In this document: positions 1-8,098 of the stretch, piece after piece
Position numbering within the stretch: the first letter of the stretch is position 1
Layout: each line of letters begins with the position of its first letter
Virus record (IMG/VR): IMGVR_UViG_3300044645_001738
Coordinates: 1-64,000 of that record
From: a virus
Lineage: Duplodnaviria > Caudoviricetes
Length of the DNA stretch: 64,000 nucleotides
Strand: one strand, 5' to 3'
The notes under the pieces: model-generated
Databases searched by the model: none
Told to the model about the DNA's origin: nothing
What the model saw: the letters and a program-made list of their open reading frames with translations, nothing else
Translations under genes and position numbers: made by a program

Positions 1-1
1 T

Positions 2-172
2 GTAAGCGCTGGTTGGACTGTTTTCAACCACGAGCTTTCAACTGGGTTTGCCGAATACCAGGTCAATGCTGCCGCTGCTGCTGCTCAACGCAGAAGCAAG
101 CACATTGACAGCTTGATCACTGGTGACTACGCACGCTCAACTTCGAGCGGTCGCAAGATCACCTTTAGCTAA
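2..172 (+). CDS. Partial hypothetical protein (5' end outside window)
   Basis: Open frame VSAGWTVFNHEL...RKITFS* read by hand, stop TAA at 170-172. Confidence 0.6.
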   Translation, partial: VSAGWTVFNHELSTGFAEYQVNAAAAAAQRRSKHIDSLITGDYARSTSSGRKITFS

Positions 173-239
173 CCCTGGTGGGTTCCAGGGAGGTTCGATT
201 CCTCCCTTAGTTATTGCCTTCAGCGGAGATAGGCACCGC
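166..239 (+). ncRNA. tRNA-like mini-cloverleaf followed by a small pseudoknot
   Basis: TAGCTAA(166-172)/TTAGTTA(207-213) 7-bp stem; CTGG-TGGGTT-CCAG hairpin; GGAGG-TTCGATT-CCTCC T-arm; then TGCCT/AGGCA stem with GCGG/CCGC pairing. Confidence 0.55.
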
Positions 240-257
240 ACAACTTAATTTAGCACC

Positions 258-437
258 ATGCGTAATGCAGCCACAATCATTTGTGTCGCAGCATTGATCA
301 TTGGTGTAGGCACGCAAGTGTCAGTACACCAATTGGAGAAGGCTACTGCACAGCAATGTGCTAACCACGACTGGCCCAAGTCTGCGCACGAGGTCCACAT
401 GGCCTGGTGTGCAGCCAACAATTACCCCACTCATTAA
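258..437 (+). CDS. Small protein with hydrophobic N-terminus (59 aa)
   Basis: MRNAATIICVAALIIGVGTQV...YPTH*, read by hand (below ORF track cutoff). Confidence 0.6.
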   Translation: MRNAATIICVAALIIGVGTQVSVHQLEKATAQQCANHDWPKSAHEVHMAWCAANNYPTH

Positions 438-450
438 GGAGAATACGTAC

Positions 451-648
451 GTGTATTTCATTACACTTGACGGTAAACAGTACCGTCATTATTCGTCCAA
501 CGAGTACGTCGAGGCATTGGAAGATGCCGCACAACTGGACCACATCTACAACTCACCAGAGTTAAACGATGGCGTTCAGGGTTCCCACGACATTAAACTT
601 CTCACTCTTCCTGAGATGATGATGTCCGACGTTGAGATGGTCATCTGA
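451..648 (+). CDS. Hypothetical protein
   Basis: 3' part of ORF 358..648; GTG start at 451 preceded by AAGGAG. Confidence 0.55.
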   Translation: MYFITLDGKQYRHYSSNEYVEALEDAAQLDHIYNSPELNDGVQGSHDIKLLTLPEMMMSDVEMVI

Positions 649-709
649 CCAGGCGTGATGCCGGGGCATCGAATGCCCCACTCAACAATTGCCACACACA
701 GAGTGTGGC
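631..709 (+). ncRNA. Second tRNA-like cloverleaf element plus hairpin
   Basis: GTTGAG(631-636)/CTCAAC(681-686) stem, two short hairpins, GGGGC-ATCGAAT-GCCCC T-like arm, then ATT-GCCACAC/GTGTGGC hairpin. Confidence 0.45.
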
Positions 710-724
710 TTAACTTAAAGCAAC

Positions 725-913
725 ATGACCGCACTTAACATCCGCAAGAACACTGCTGGTCTGCTTAAGATTGCAGCATCAGCAGTAGAGAATGCCAAAG
801 TACCTACCAAGACACAAGCATCCAATGCACTGCATGACATTCGTTGTCGAGCAGCTGCACTTGTAATGCCTAACGACATGGCATTCGTTATCACACCTAA
901 GACAAACATCTGA
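725..913 (+). CDS. Hypothetical protein
   Basis: ATG ORF in co-oriented early array, followed by terminator-like hairpin. Confidence 0.6.
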   Translation: MTALNIRKNTAGLLKIAASAVENAKVPTKTQASNALHDIRCRAAALVMPNDMAFVITPKTNI

Positions 914-926
914 CGTTTGCACTAAG

Positions 927-963
927 GGGCTACGGCCCTTTTCTGCAGACCTCATTGTCTGCA
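927..963 (+). terminator. Terminator-like hairpin + U tract followed by second hairpin (copy 1)
   Basis: GGGC-TACG-GCCC-TTTT then TGCAGAC-CTCATT-GTCTGCA. Confidence 0.55.
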
Positions 964-988
964 TTCAATTCACACCACTTGGATTCAC

Positions 989-1228
989 ATGACTCCTAAA
1001 GCTGTTGAACATCTACTCACGCAGGACGCTCGCCTGCTTGCCAGGAGAGATGCCCCTGCCATTGACCAAGAACTTGAAGCGCAGCGTCAAGCTGCACTCG
1101 AAATTTTTTTCAAATGGCAGGATCATGCCTGTCAATTTGAAGACGTCATACCATTCTGCGTGGTACTCCAACGCCAGGTAAATCTCAACCGAGATTTGCT
1201 ACGTTGGGAACGCCAGAACGCAGACTGA
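989..1228 (+). CDS. Hypothetical protein
   Basis: 79-aa ATG ORF ending RQNAD*. Confidence 0.65.
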   Translation: MTPKAVEHLLTQDARLLARRDAPAIDQELEAQRQAALEIFFKWQDHACQFEDVIPFCVVLQRQVNLNRDLLRWERQNAD

Positions 1229-1264
1229 CTTCTGTACTTAACCTTCCGCACTGTATTTTACAAC

Positions 1265-1438
1265 ATGAATATCAATTGGAAAGAAGCGGAATTTCTTATG
1301 CATTGCATAGAACTATTCGCTAATGGTGACAAGGAGTTTCCTTTCACCACATACGATGGACTTGACATTTTGCTGACTACTGAACAGATCGAAGAACTGT
1401 TTCAACAGTTGCAGCAGCAGCGCCAGAACGCAGACTGA
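1265..1438 (+). CDS. Hypothetical protein (57 aa) between direct repeats
   Basis: MNINWKEAEFLMHCIELF...QQRQNAD*, read by hand. Confidence 0.6.
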   Translation: MNINWKEAEFLMHCIELFANGDKEFPFTTYDGLDILLTTEQIEELFQQLQQQRQNAD

Positions 1439-1456
1439 CTACTGACTTCTGTACTT

Positions 1457-1504
1457 AACCTTCCGTTTCGGCGGTAGGTTTTCTACAGGACTCAACATCC
1501 TGTA
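1457..1504 (+). terminator. Terminator-like hairpin followed by CAGGA-CTCAACA-TCCTG hairpin (copy 2)
   Basis: AACCTTCCG...CGGTAGGTT-TT then TACAGGA-CTCAACA-TCCTGTA. Confidence 0.55.
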
Positions 1505-1525
1505 TCCCATTGTTAATTCAATTCC

Positions 1526-1906
1526 ATGCTGAGCAACACCATCATCGGCAACATCACCTACATGGAGAAAGCTGTGCATGAGGGTCGCGAGTTCCTTGCG
1601 ATCACCATGACAGTTAACGACATGTACGACGGTGCTTGCCGAGTCCGGTTCAACAACTCCAACGGGTTGTTGACTGCATACAACAACGGCACACTCATTG
1701 TTGGACACCAGCTCATCCTGAGTCAATACGACGTGCGAATCAGCAGCATTCGTACGCACTACCTGAAGGATGGACTGATGCATCAACTTAAGTACCCTGA
1801 GCTTGCACTCACTCGAGTGAGGGCTATCATCGGTGCCGCACCCAGGCCCAAGCCTGAGGTTGTGGCACCAACTGTCGAACCAACTCTTGAAGAGATTGCA
1901 TTCTGA
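1526..1906 (+). CDS. Putative SSB-like OB-fold protein
   Basis: N-terminal TIIGNI, beta-rich core, Pro-rich linker, acidic tail EEIAF resembling SSB C-terminus. Confidence 0.5.
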   Translation: MLSNTIIGNITYMEKAVHEGREFLAITMTVNDMYDGACRVRFNNSNGLLTAYNNGTLIVGHQLILSQYDVRISSIRTHYLKDGLMHQLKYPELALTRVRAIIGAAPRPKPEVVAPTVEPTLEEIAF

Positions 1907-1916
1907 TTCCTGCATC

Positions 1917-1964
1917 AAGGGCCTTGGGTTACCAGGGCCTTTCTTGCAGGACTCAACATCCTGC
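1917..1964 (+). terminator. Terminator-like hairpin followed by CAGGA-CTCAACA-TCCTG hairpin (copy 3)
   Basis: GGGCCTTGG-GTTA-CCAGGGCCT-TTCTT then GCAGGA-CTCAACA-TCCTGC. Confidence 0.55.
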
Positions 1965-1991
1965 TCAACATTTACCCAACATCTTAACCAC

Positions 1992-2249
1992 ATGCCAGTC
2001 ACTATTGATCACAAAGAACTTCAAGATGCACTGGAAGAGTTTGATATTCGTCCGGCAGATTACTATCTGTCGTTTGACACCAATGTTGTTTACCTCGTTT
2101 GGTGTACGACCGGCGCTAATGCCGTTCGACACGTACACAGCAACGGATGTATAGACATTGAAATCAAAGGCGTATGGCATGACGAAGTTCCTGAAGGTTA
2201 CATCCTTCCTACATACGCATGCGTACGTTTGGTCTTTGCAACCAACTGA
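1992..2249 (+). CDS. Hypothetical protein
   Basis: 3' part of ORF 1833..2249 from MPVTIDHKEL. Confidence 0.55.
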   Translation: MPVTIDHKELQDALEEFDIRPADYYLSFDTNVVYLVWCTTGANAVRHVHSNGCIDIEIKGVWHDEVPEGYILPTYACVRLVFATN

Positions 2250-2425
2250 CATGAAGCAAATCATTCCCCTAGGCAAAGGCCGATTTGTCCACGTTGATTC
2301 TTACGGTGTGTCTCAGACACGCCGTGGATCCATCATTGTGGCAGCCTTTGCCATGATCATCTCAGCACTCACTGTCGGTGCCGTACTTGGCATCGACATC
2401 ACCTCACCCAACACCACCACACAAC

Positions 2426-2650
2426 ATGGCTATCCACATCGCACTGATCGTTGATCGCAGCGGTCGTTATGCCCACGTTTGGGGCGAAGCTCCAAGCTGG
2501 AGTAAGTTTTCCGACCAGCTCGAAGACCTTGGCGCAGAGGTGGTAGAAGAACAAACAGACGACTGGGAAGGCAGTACCAAAGATGAGATCGCTGAAGATT
2601 GCGTGGCAATTAACCAGCTTCTCAGCGGTACGGACTTCCTACCCCACTGA
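2426..2650 (+). CDS. Hypothetical acidic protein
   Basis: 3' part of ORF 2378..2650 from MAIHIALIVD. Confidence 0.55.
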   Translation: MAIHIALIVDRSGRYAHVWGEAPSWSKFSDQLEDLGAEVVEEQTDDWEGSTKDEIAEDCVAINQLLSGTDFLPH

Positions 2651-2736
2651 TAGCGTCAACAGATCGCACTACACCACACCTGGTACTTGTCATCTGATAG
2701 GTACCAGGTACTCTATGCAAGCAACCAACTCAAACC

Positions 2737-3186
2737 ATGGAAGCACTTAGCCAACTCGACGTTCAAGCCCCTGATCACGTCAGTGTAATTACAAGGGAAG
2801 GCAAGGTCACTATCTCCGTCGTTAAAGACGGAACATCAGTGACTCTTGGATTCCCCATCAAAACTACAGGGCTTGATACAACCCCCAGACCCCCGCTTCA
2901 GCAACCAGCACCAAAGGTAATGGCTGTTAAGACCCAGCATTCCACTGCAGTGCAGCTGGAAACATCTTATCTTTCCTTGAAAAGTAAACACTCTCCCGTT
3001 GGCAACTGTAAGTTGACACCGCAGCAGGTACGTCAAATCAAACTGATACTGACGGATGAACGGTTCATGAAAGCATTTGGTTCTAGGCAACAAGCTTATG
3101 AAGCAATTGCTGTTAAGTTCAACGTCAGTTACCACACAATCTCCAACATCCACAAAGGACTTGCTTGGAGGAACGTAAACATTTAA
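2737..3186 (+). CDS. Protein with C-terminal HTH-like DNA-binding domain
   Basis: KLTPQQVRQIK...IAVKFNVSYHTISNIHKGLAW resembles the HTH tails of phage HNH endonucleases. Confidence 0.6.
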   Translation: MEALSQLDVQAPDHVSVITREGKVTISVVKDGTSVTLGFPIKTTGLDTTPRPPLQQPAPKVMAVKTQHSTAVQLETSYLSLKSKHSPVGNCKLTPQQVRQIKLILTDERFMKAFGSRQQAYEAIAVKFNVSYHTISNIHKGLAWRNVNI

Positions 3187-3213
3187 CTACTCATACCTTG
3201 AGTGGTAACACTC

Positions 3214-3307
3214 ACGTCCTGAGTACACGAAGTGTAGCGACACAATGTATTCCTTTGTTTTCAATGGAATGCATTGTGTTACCACCTTCGGTGACGTTAA
3301 ACTGCTC
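3214..3307 (+). ncRNA. Repeated H-type pseudoknot element, copy 1 (with inserted long hairpin)
   Basis: ACGTC-CT-GAGTA-[67-nt hairpin]-GACGT-TAAAC-TGCTC. Confidence 0.65.
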
Positions 3308-3330
3308 AACACACCACTGCAATTCACACG

Positions 3331-3534
3331 ATGAGAGACCCTGACTTCATTGATGAACAACGCAATGCCGATGCACTTGATGCAATGGCTGATCGTGTAT
3401 ACGAATTGGAAGAAGCCATGCGTGAAGCAGAACAAGATGGTTGGACAGGTGTTTTCAATGATGAGATATCAAATGAAGAACGCTACGCATGTGACCATTA
3501 CAACGAGAGGTATGTAATCAATGACTACCACTAA
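3331..3534 (+). CDS. Hypothetical acidic protein
   Basis: ATG ORF just downstream of pseudoknot element. Confidence 0.6.
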   Translation: MRDPDFIDEQRNADALDAMADRVYELEEAMREAEQDGWTGVFNDEISNEERYACDHYNERYVINDYH

Positions 3535-3615
3535 ACAAATCTGGGATGAAGACCCAGTGCTGCTGGGTATTGTCCTGGTATCAATCACAGTCACACTCAT
3601 TGGAGACTTCATCAA

Positions 3616-3969
3616 ATGCCTACTGCAAATCCATTTGCCAAGACAGAAGCAGCTCGTCGCTGGATCAGTAGGTACAACTGGTCAACAGAATTTGAAGACA
3701 AGGAACCAACCACGATCACGCTCCACGAATGCACCATGCATTACGGTGGACAAGAAGAAGGAGGATGGTATTGGGAATCAGGTTGGCCCATCAAAACAAT
3801 CTGTATCTTCTCCAAGAAGCAAGCCATCCGCGAAGCAATCGCACTCGAAGAGTACGCACTCGAAACCATTGGTGACAAGAAGGACAACCTTGGATGGCCC
3901 CAATGGCACGTTAGCTTCTCCAACGAGTACGCCAAAGCGTACCCCGAAGAACGTCCGTACTACTGCTGA
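3616..3969 (+). CDS. Hypothetical phage protein
   Basis: YGGQEEGGWYW and PEERPYYC motifs; coupled to next ORF. Confidence 0.7.
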   Translation: MPTANPFAKTEAARRWISRYNWSTEFEDKEPTTITLHECTMHYGGQEEGGWYWESGWPIKTICIFSKKQAIREAIALEEYALETIGDKKDNLGWPQWHVSFSNEYAKAYPEERPYYC

Positions 3970-4223
3970 TGTCAAATCAACTGGACCTGCCCAAGCTTGA
4001 TCCCAAGATCAGGCTGACAATCAACCAACGCAACATCTGGTTCTACTTTCTGAATCACAGGAAGAAGTACAAGAACTTACCTTGTTATGTACCAAAGCTT
4101 CCGATGCAGGAGACCAGGCGTCAAGACTATTACACAGCCTTGGAAAGGTTGGAGCAATACGGATTGATACGCGTGGACAGAACCAGTCGTAACTACACAG
4201 GCTGGATCATGCTTGATCCCTAA
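3969..4223 (+). CDS. Hypothetical protein, possible winged HTH
   Basis: LTINQRNIW...ALERLEQYGLIRV pattern. Confidence 0.55.
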   Translation: MSNQLDLPKLDPKIRLTINQRNIWFYFLNHRKKYKNLPCYVPKLPMQETRRQDYYTALERLEQYGLIRVDRTSRNYTGWIMLDP

Positions 4224-4309
4224 CCAACATATAAGTTTTACTTATATTCCATTCGCTATTTGCGAATAGCGCACAGTAGGTACCAGAGTATTGCCAGATA
4301 ACTGCCAAC

Positions 4310-4582
4310 TTACTTACCTAAAGTATTAATCAAATCTTTATTGGCTTGGTTTACAACTTGATAGGCGTGTTCCAATGGCTTTGGTTTAAGAGACTTTATA
4401 TCTTGAACGTCACTAGCCCAAAACATTCCAACGTTTGAACCGCCCCAAATCAAGTGATCTCCTTGTGCATATCGTTTAGATGTATATTCATTGACAACAT
4501 GCTGATCAATGTATTTACCAGAGGCTACCTCCCTGGGATATGCAACAACTTGATCTACATACTTACCAGCTAATTCCATCAC
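4310..4582 (-). CDS. Counter-oriented AT-rich hypothetical protein
   Basis: 90-aa ORF flanked by 14-bp direct repeat CAGAGTATTGCCAG; internal repeat GKYVDQVV/GKYIDQHV. Confidence 0.55.
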   Translation of the reverse strand: MMELAGKYVDQVVAYPREVASGKYIDQHVVNEYTSKRYAQGDHLIWGGSNVGMFWASDVQDIKSLKPKPLEHAYQVVNQANKDLINTLGK

Positions 4583-4630
4583 TTAAACCTTTTAAATAAC
4601 ATAATAAGACAGAGTATTGCCAGCTTCAAC

Positions 4631-4668
4631 CCTGGACATCCACATACTTATGTGGTGTAAGTCCCAGG
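4631..4668 (+). ncRNA. GTGTAAGTC bulged-hairpin motif, copy 1
   Basis: CCTGG-ACATC-CACATA-CT-TATGTG-GTGTAAGTC-CCAGG. Confidence 0.5.
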
Positions 4669-4696
4669 ATTAATTCAACCTCTCAACAAACACACT

Positions 4697-5083
4697 ATGA
4701 CTGAATCAAGTGAACAACTGGTTACAGTTATTTGTTTAGTAGTTCAGCCACGTTACGAAGAAGTCGTAATGACTCAGTCTGAATTCGAAGCATTCAATAA
4801 AGAATTCCAAGAGACATGTCCAGACGAATACGAAGAAGACTTGCTGCGTAAGTATAAGTTTGTCGATTGGGAATACGGTACCCTTGGTACTAACTTAGAT
4901 GCTGATAGTTATCAATTTCGAGCTTACCCTGGCGACGTAAGAAACGGATCAGATGATGTTGTTTACTTTGACACGAATCAATCGTGGCAGAAAGCATATT
5001 CAAACAAGAAGCTTTCCCTGCGCAAACATGGAAACTATCTTCGATATGTACAGGAACGTAGAGAATTAACCCAAGAAGAATGA
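4697..5083 (+). CDS. Hypothetical protein
   Basis: 128-aa ATG ORF. Confidence 0.6.
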   Translation: MTESSEQLVTVICLVVQPRYEEVVMTQSEFEAFNKEFQETCPDEYEEDLLRKYKFVDWEYGTLGTNLDADSYQFRAYPGDVRNGSDDVVYFDTNQSWQKAYSNKKLSLRKHGNYLRYVQERRELTQEE

Positions 5084-5234
5084 TCCCAACTATGTGTACT
5101 ACACTTTTGTGCCTGACTCAATACTTTGGATCGGGCATAACATATACTCAGTCATATAACGCAGTTGCATTTAAAGTTCAAGATACTTTTTACTTTTGTA
5201 CTAAAGCATCTGGATTGTACAACTGCATTACCAA

Positions 5235-5666
5235 TCAAGGCCTATACCATTGAGGATTTGATTGTCGATAGTTATAAATTGTTTCTTCTCTTAACTGTTT
5301 TGCAGGTGAAAGAGAAGTTGTAACATCATTTAAATCACTGCCAAGTCCAAAGATTTCTTTGCTTTGCTGAAAACTTTGAGGCTTGGTGCCAAATCTGAAT
5401 CTTGCTTCTATTGATGGATCTTTAATCCCAACATTTAAACCAAAGTTATTACCCATTACACCAAGTTTTCCATTCAAAGGATTCAAGTTAACGCTACCCG
5501 TATCATCTTTGAATTCCATTGATCCACGATTAAGTAATGCGCTAAATACATTGCCTAACTTCTGTGCATCCGTAGGAGCAACTGGATTGTTAAACTGCGT
5601 TGACAACAACGCATCTGTTACTGCAGGACTCCAAGCACCTGCTAAACGTGTGCCAAAATTAGGCAT
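5235..5666 (-). CDS. Counter-oriented AT-rich hypothetical protein
   Basis: ORF from MPNFGTRLAG; upstream motif shared with 4310..4582. Confidence 0.6.
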   Translation of the reverse strand: MPNFGTRLAGAWSPAVTDALLSTQFNNPVAPTDAQKLGNVFSALLNRGSMEFKDDTGSVNLNPLNGKLGVMGNNFGLNVGIKDPSIEARFRFGTKPQSFQQSKEIFGLGSDLNDVTTSLSPAKQLREETIYNYRQSNPQWYRP

Positions 5667-5821
5667 GTGTTTAAACTTGTTTTTACAATAATAAGACAAG
5701 GGTATTGCCAGATAACTACTGGCCTACCCCCCGAACCCCCCGCTGTTCAGTACCAGGGGGGATCCTTAGATATACATACGTTATATCCATTTACTCCCAC
5801 CATTCACTCATCAACTCAACC

Positions 5822-6121
5822 ATGGAACAATCACAGAAGTATCCAACGATTGATTGGACTAAGAACGAATACTACCAAGTGCAACGTGCATTGGAGATCC
5901 TCATGCAGGTCGTTGATCGTGAATCAAAACGTCACGAGATGAATCAACATCTCACACCCAGCATGCTCAGCATGTTGGAAGATGAGATCATCCCAATGCT
6001 TAGTAACGAACTTGACTGTGACGGTGGGCCAAGCGATGACGAAATCTGTGGTGAACCACCGATGACGGCAGACGAAATGCACACTGCTGCATGGCGTCAG
6101 CACCAGGAGCTTCACTCCTAA
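5822..6121 (+). CDS. Hypothetical protein
   Basis: From MEQSQKYP, preceded by CAACTCAACC leader. Confidence 0.65.
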   Translation: MEQSQKYPTIDWTKNEYYQVQRALEILMQVVDRESKRHEMNQHLTPSMLSMLEDEIIPMLSNELDCDGGPSDDEICGEPPMTADEMHTAAWRQHQELHS

Positions 6122-6212
6122 CCAAACATTAAGAGAATCTGTAAGTCTACCTTGGACTAGCCATCCAGGGTAGACTGACCCTGCTTAACTCATTCCGCAA
6201 AACACACATCAG

Positions 6213-6416
6213 ATGTCCGACAAACCACGCATTCCCGACGCACTTGACATGCAACGTCTGCATGTCATGCAGCTTGTTGCCAAGATGAAAGAAGCTGCTG
6301 ATAAACAAGGTGTTCAATTCATCGGGGGTTTCGTCACCCCCGATGGAGAGAAATTTGTAATGACCAATATGGATGAAGATGACCAGCGTATGCTCATGCC
6401 TGAGGAACTCAAGTGA
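6213..6416 (+). CDS. Hypothetical protein
   Basis: 67-aa ATG ORF overlapping next start (GTGA). Confidence 0.65.
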   Translation: MSDKPRIPDALDMQRLHVMQLVAKMKEAADKQGVQFIGGFVTPDGEKFVMTNMDEDDQRMLMPEELK

Positions 6417-6766
6417 CTAATCAACACCCAATCACCCCACCGCCCGAGCTGGTGACGAATTGGTTAAGACATCGCAAACTTCTGGACCCGCAACCGCTTG
6501 CCCACCATTACCTTGCTAGTCGCGCCGCCCAATGGGGCTCAGACCAGGAGCTGGAGGCGTGTATTGAGTGGGTATCCATTCAGTTGAACTGTACCTCCCA
6601 AGAGCATTTAGTTCCACATCTCCGCGCCGCCCGCCGCCCCAAGCCGCCGAGTCTGAAGGAGCAGGCATTCAAGGATCTAGATGAATTGCTCCGTATTGCG
6701 AGACAAGCTGGAGTTTTTAATCCACCTGATAACATCCGCCGCGCACTGGAGGCTTTGCCCGAATGA
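6413..6766 (+). CDS. Mosaic small protein, family A (PITPPPELV / AAQWGxDQELEAC / ARRPKPPSLKEQA / IRRALE)
   Basis: Paralogous conserved blocks shared with 7739..8098 and 15401..15772. Confidence 0.8.
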   Translation: MTNQHPITPPPELVTNWLRHRKLLDPQPLAHHYLASRAAQWGSDQELEACIEWVSIQLNCTSQEHLVPHLRAARRPKPPSLKEQAFKDLDELLRIARQAGVFNPPDNIRRALEALPE

Positions 6767-7155
6767 CTAAACCTTTAACGCACAACAGAGTTGACATCAA
6801 AGTTATTTTGGCTAACCCCTTACTACGGGAAGAGTTAATTGAGGGTGCTACAGATTTTATTTGCAAAGTTGAAGGTATTCGCCGCCGTAAAGAAGATTTG
6901 GAAATGACTAACCTTTCTTCCGCCGCACAGGCGGTGCTGAGTGCCGCTAATGCTTCCGCAACTAATGCGTGGTCTGACGCCACTCACCAACGCTTTAGGT
7001 CTGGTGTAGCCGCCGCCCTGCAAGCTGCTGCTGATCAGGTGGTGCCGGAAACCACAACACCATGGAACTCCACTTTGACTCCAATGATTTCAGCAGGAGA
7101 AGTACGCGCTAAGTTCCTCGCCATCGCCGCCGAGCTGGAGGGTGGCAATGAATGA
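6763..7155 (+). CDS. Mosaic small protein, family B (LSxAAQAVL / AAALxAAADQVVPE / LAIAAELE); family B part starts at ATG 6904
   Basis: Blocks shared with 12797..13063 and 15765..16007. Confidence 0.75.
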   Translation: MTKPLTHNRVDIKVILANPLLREELIEGATDFICKVEGIRRRKEDLEMTNLSSAAQAVLSAANASATNAWSDATHQRFRSGVAAALQAAADQVVPETTTPWNSTLTPMISAGEVRAKFLAIAAELEGGNE

Positions 7156-7306
7156 CCTCGATGACACGCTCACCGCGATTGCCGCAGTAGCAACCCTTCT
7201 GATTATGTTTGCGGTTGCTTGGTGGTGGTTGCCGCAAAAGTGGCAAGCCTGCCAAAAGCTGTATGACAACCGTCCAGCCCAAGTATTCTGCTTTGGAGTT
7301 AAATGA
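7148..7306 (+). CDS. Small membrane protein (52 aa)
   Basis: MNDLDDTLTAIAAVATLLIMFAVAWWWLPQKW..., overlaps both neighbours. Confidence 0.6.
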   Translation: MNDLDDTLTAIAAVATLLIMFAVAWWWLPQKWQACQKLYDNRPAQVFCFGVK

Positions 7307-7746
7307 CTGACACTTTTCGTGCGCTGTGCGCTGAGCTGGCTGATTCCGTAGAGCTGTTGCTTGAAATGCGGAGCAATGATCGACCGATGCGGGTAACAGA
7401 GGATCGCCTTAACCGCGCCCGCGCCGCCCTGGAGGCCCAGCCCGAGCCGCAGGGGCCGAGTGAACTGGAACTAGAGGCCATTGAACTGAAGCTATGGGAC
7501 AAGCACCGAACCAAGGGATATATGGGAGAAGAGTTTATGTATGACAACGACTTCAGCGCTGCCTTGGATGAATACCGCGCTGCCCTGGCCCGATGGGGCC
7601 GCCCCGCCATCGAGCCCGAGCCGCCGAGCTTGAAGGAGCAGGCGCTGGAGGAGCTAACCGAAATCGACTGTCACTACATACCCCCTGGGGCGACCGAACG
7701 CATTGACATTATCCGCCGCGCACTGGAGGCCCTGCCAAATGACTAG
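7303..7746 (+). CDS. Mosaic small protein, family C head fused to family A tail
   Basis: FRALCAEL / RARAALEAQPEPQGPS / LARWGRPAIEP then PPSLKEQAL / IRRALEAL. Confidence 0.8.
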   Translation: MTDTFRALCAELADSVELLLEMRSNDRPMRVTEDRLNRARAALEAQPEPQGPSELELEAIELKLWDKHRTKGYMGEEFMYDNDFSAALDEYRAALARWGRPAIEPEPPSLKEQALEELTEIDCHYIPPGATERIDIIRRALEALPND

Positions 7747-8098
7747 CCCGATCACCCCGCCGCCGGAGCTAGTGCAGCAGTGGGTGGGCGGCGCCTTCCT
7801 ATCAGATGTGCACCACAACGAAGAAGATTTGGCGTACGAACAGTACATCGCTGAACGTGCCGCCCAATGGGGCGCCGACCAGGAACTGGAGGCGTGCTGT
7901 GAGTGGATTAAATCTGAACTCCGAGGACAACTTCGCCCCGCCCATCGAATCGCCATTGAACTCCGCGATGCCCGCCGCCCCAAGCCGCCGAGTCTGAAGG
8001 AGCAGGCGCTTGGCATCCTTGATGTGGCTCACCACGATGTTTTAGAAGATGACCAAATAGCAACTATCCGCCGCGCACTGGAGCAACTCGATGACTAA
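7739..8098 (+). CDS. Mosaic small protein, family A
   Basis: MTSPITPPPELV...AAQWGADQELEAC...IRRALEQLDD. Confidence 0.8.
   Translation: MTSPITPPPELVQQWVGGAFLSDVHHNEEDLAYEQYIAERAAQWGADQELEACCEWIKSELRGQLRPAHRIAIELRDARRPKPPSLKEQALGILDVAHHDVLEDDQIATIRRALEQLDD

Noticed and set aside
5725-5765. C-run/G-run stretch CCCCCCGAACCCCCCG...GGGGGGATCC
   Set aside because: Single occurrence; forms only a simple hairpin and no function can be supported.
6413-8098. Repeat/variable alternation as a CRISPR array
   Set aside because: Boxes are of several different sequences, lie in frame in ORFs, spacing is irregular, and no cas genes are present.
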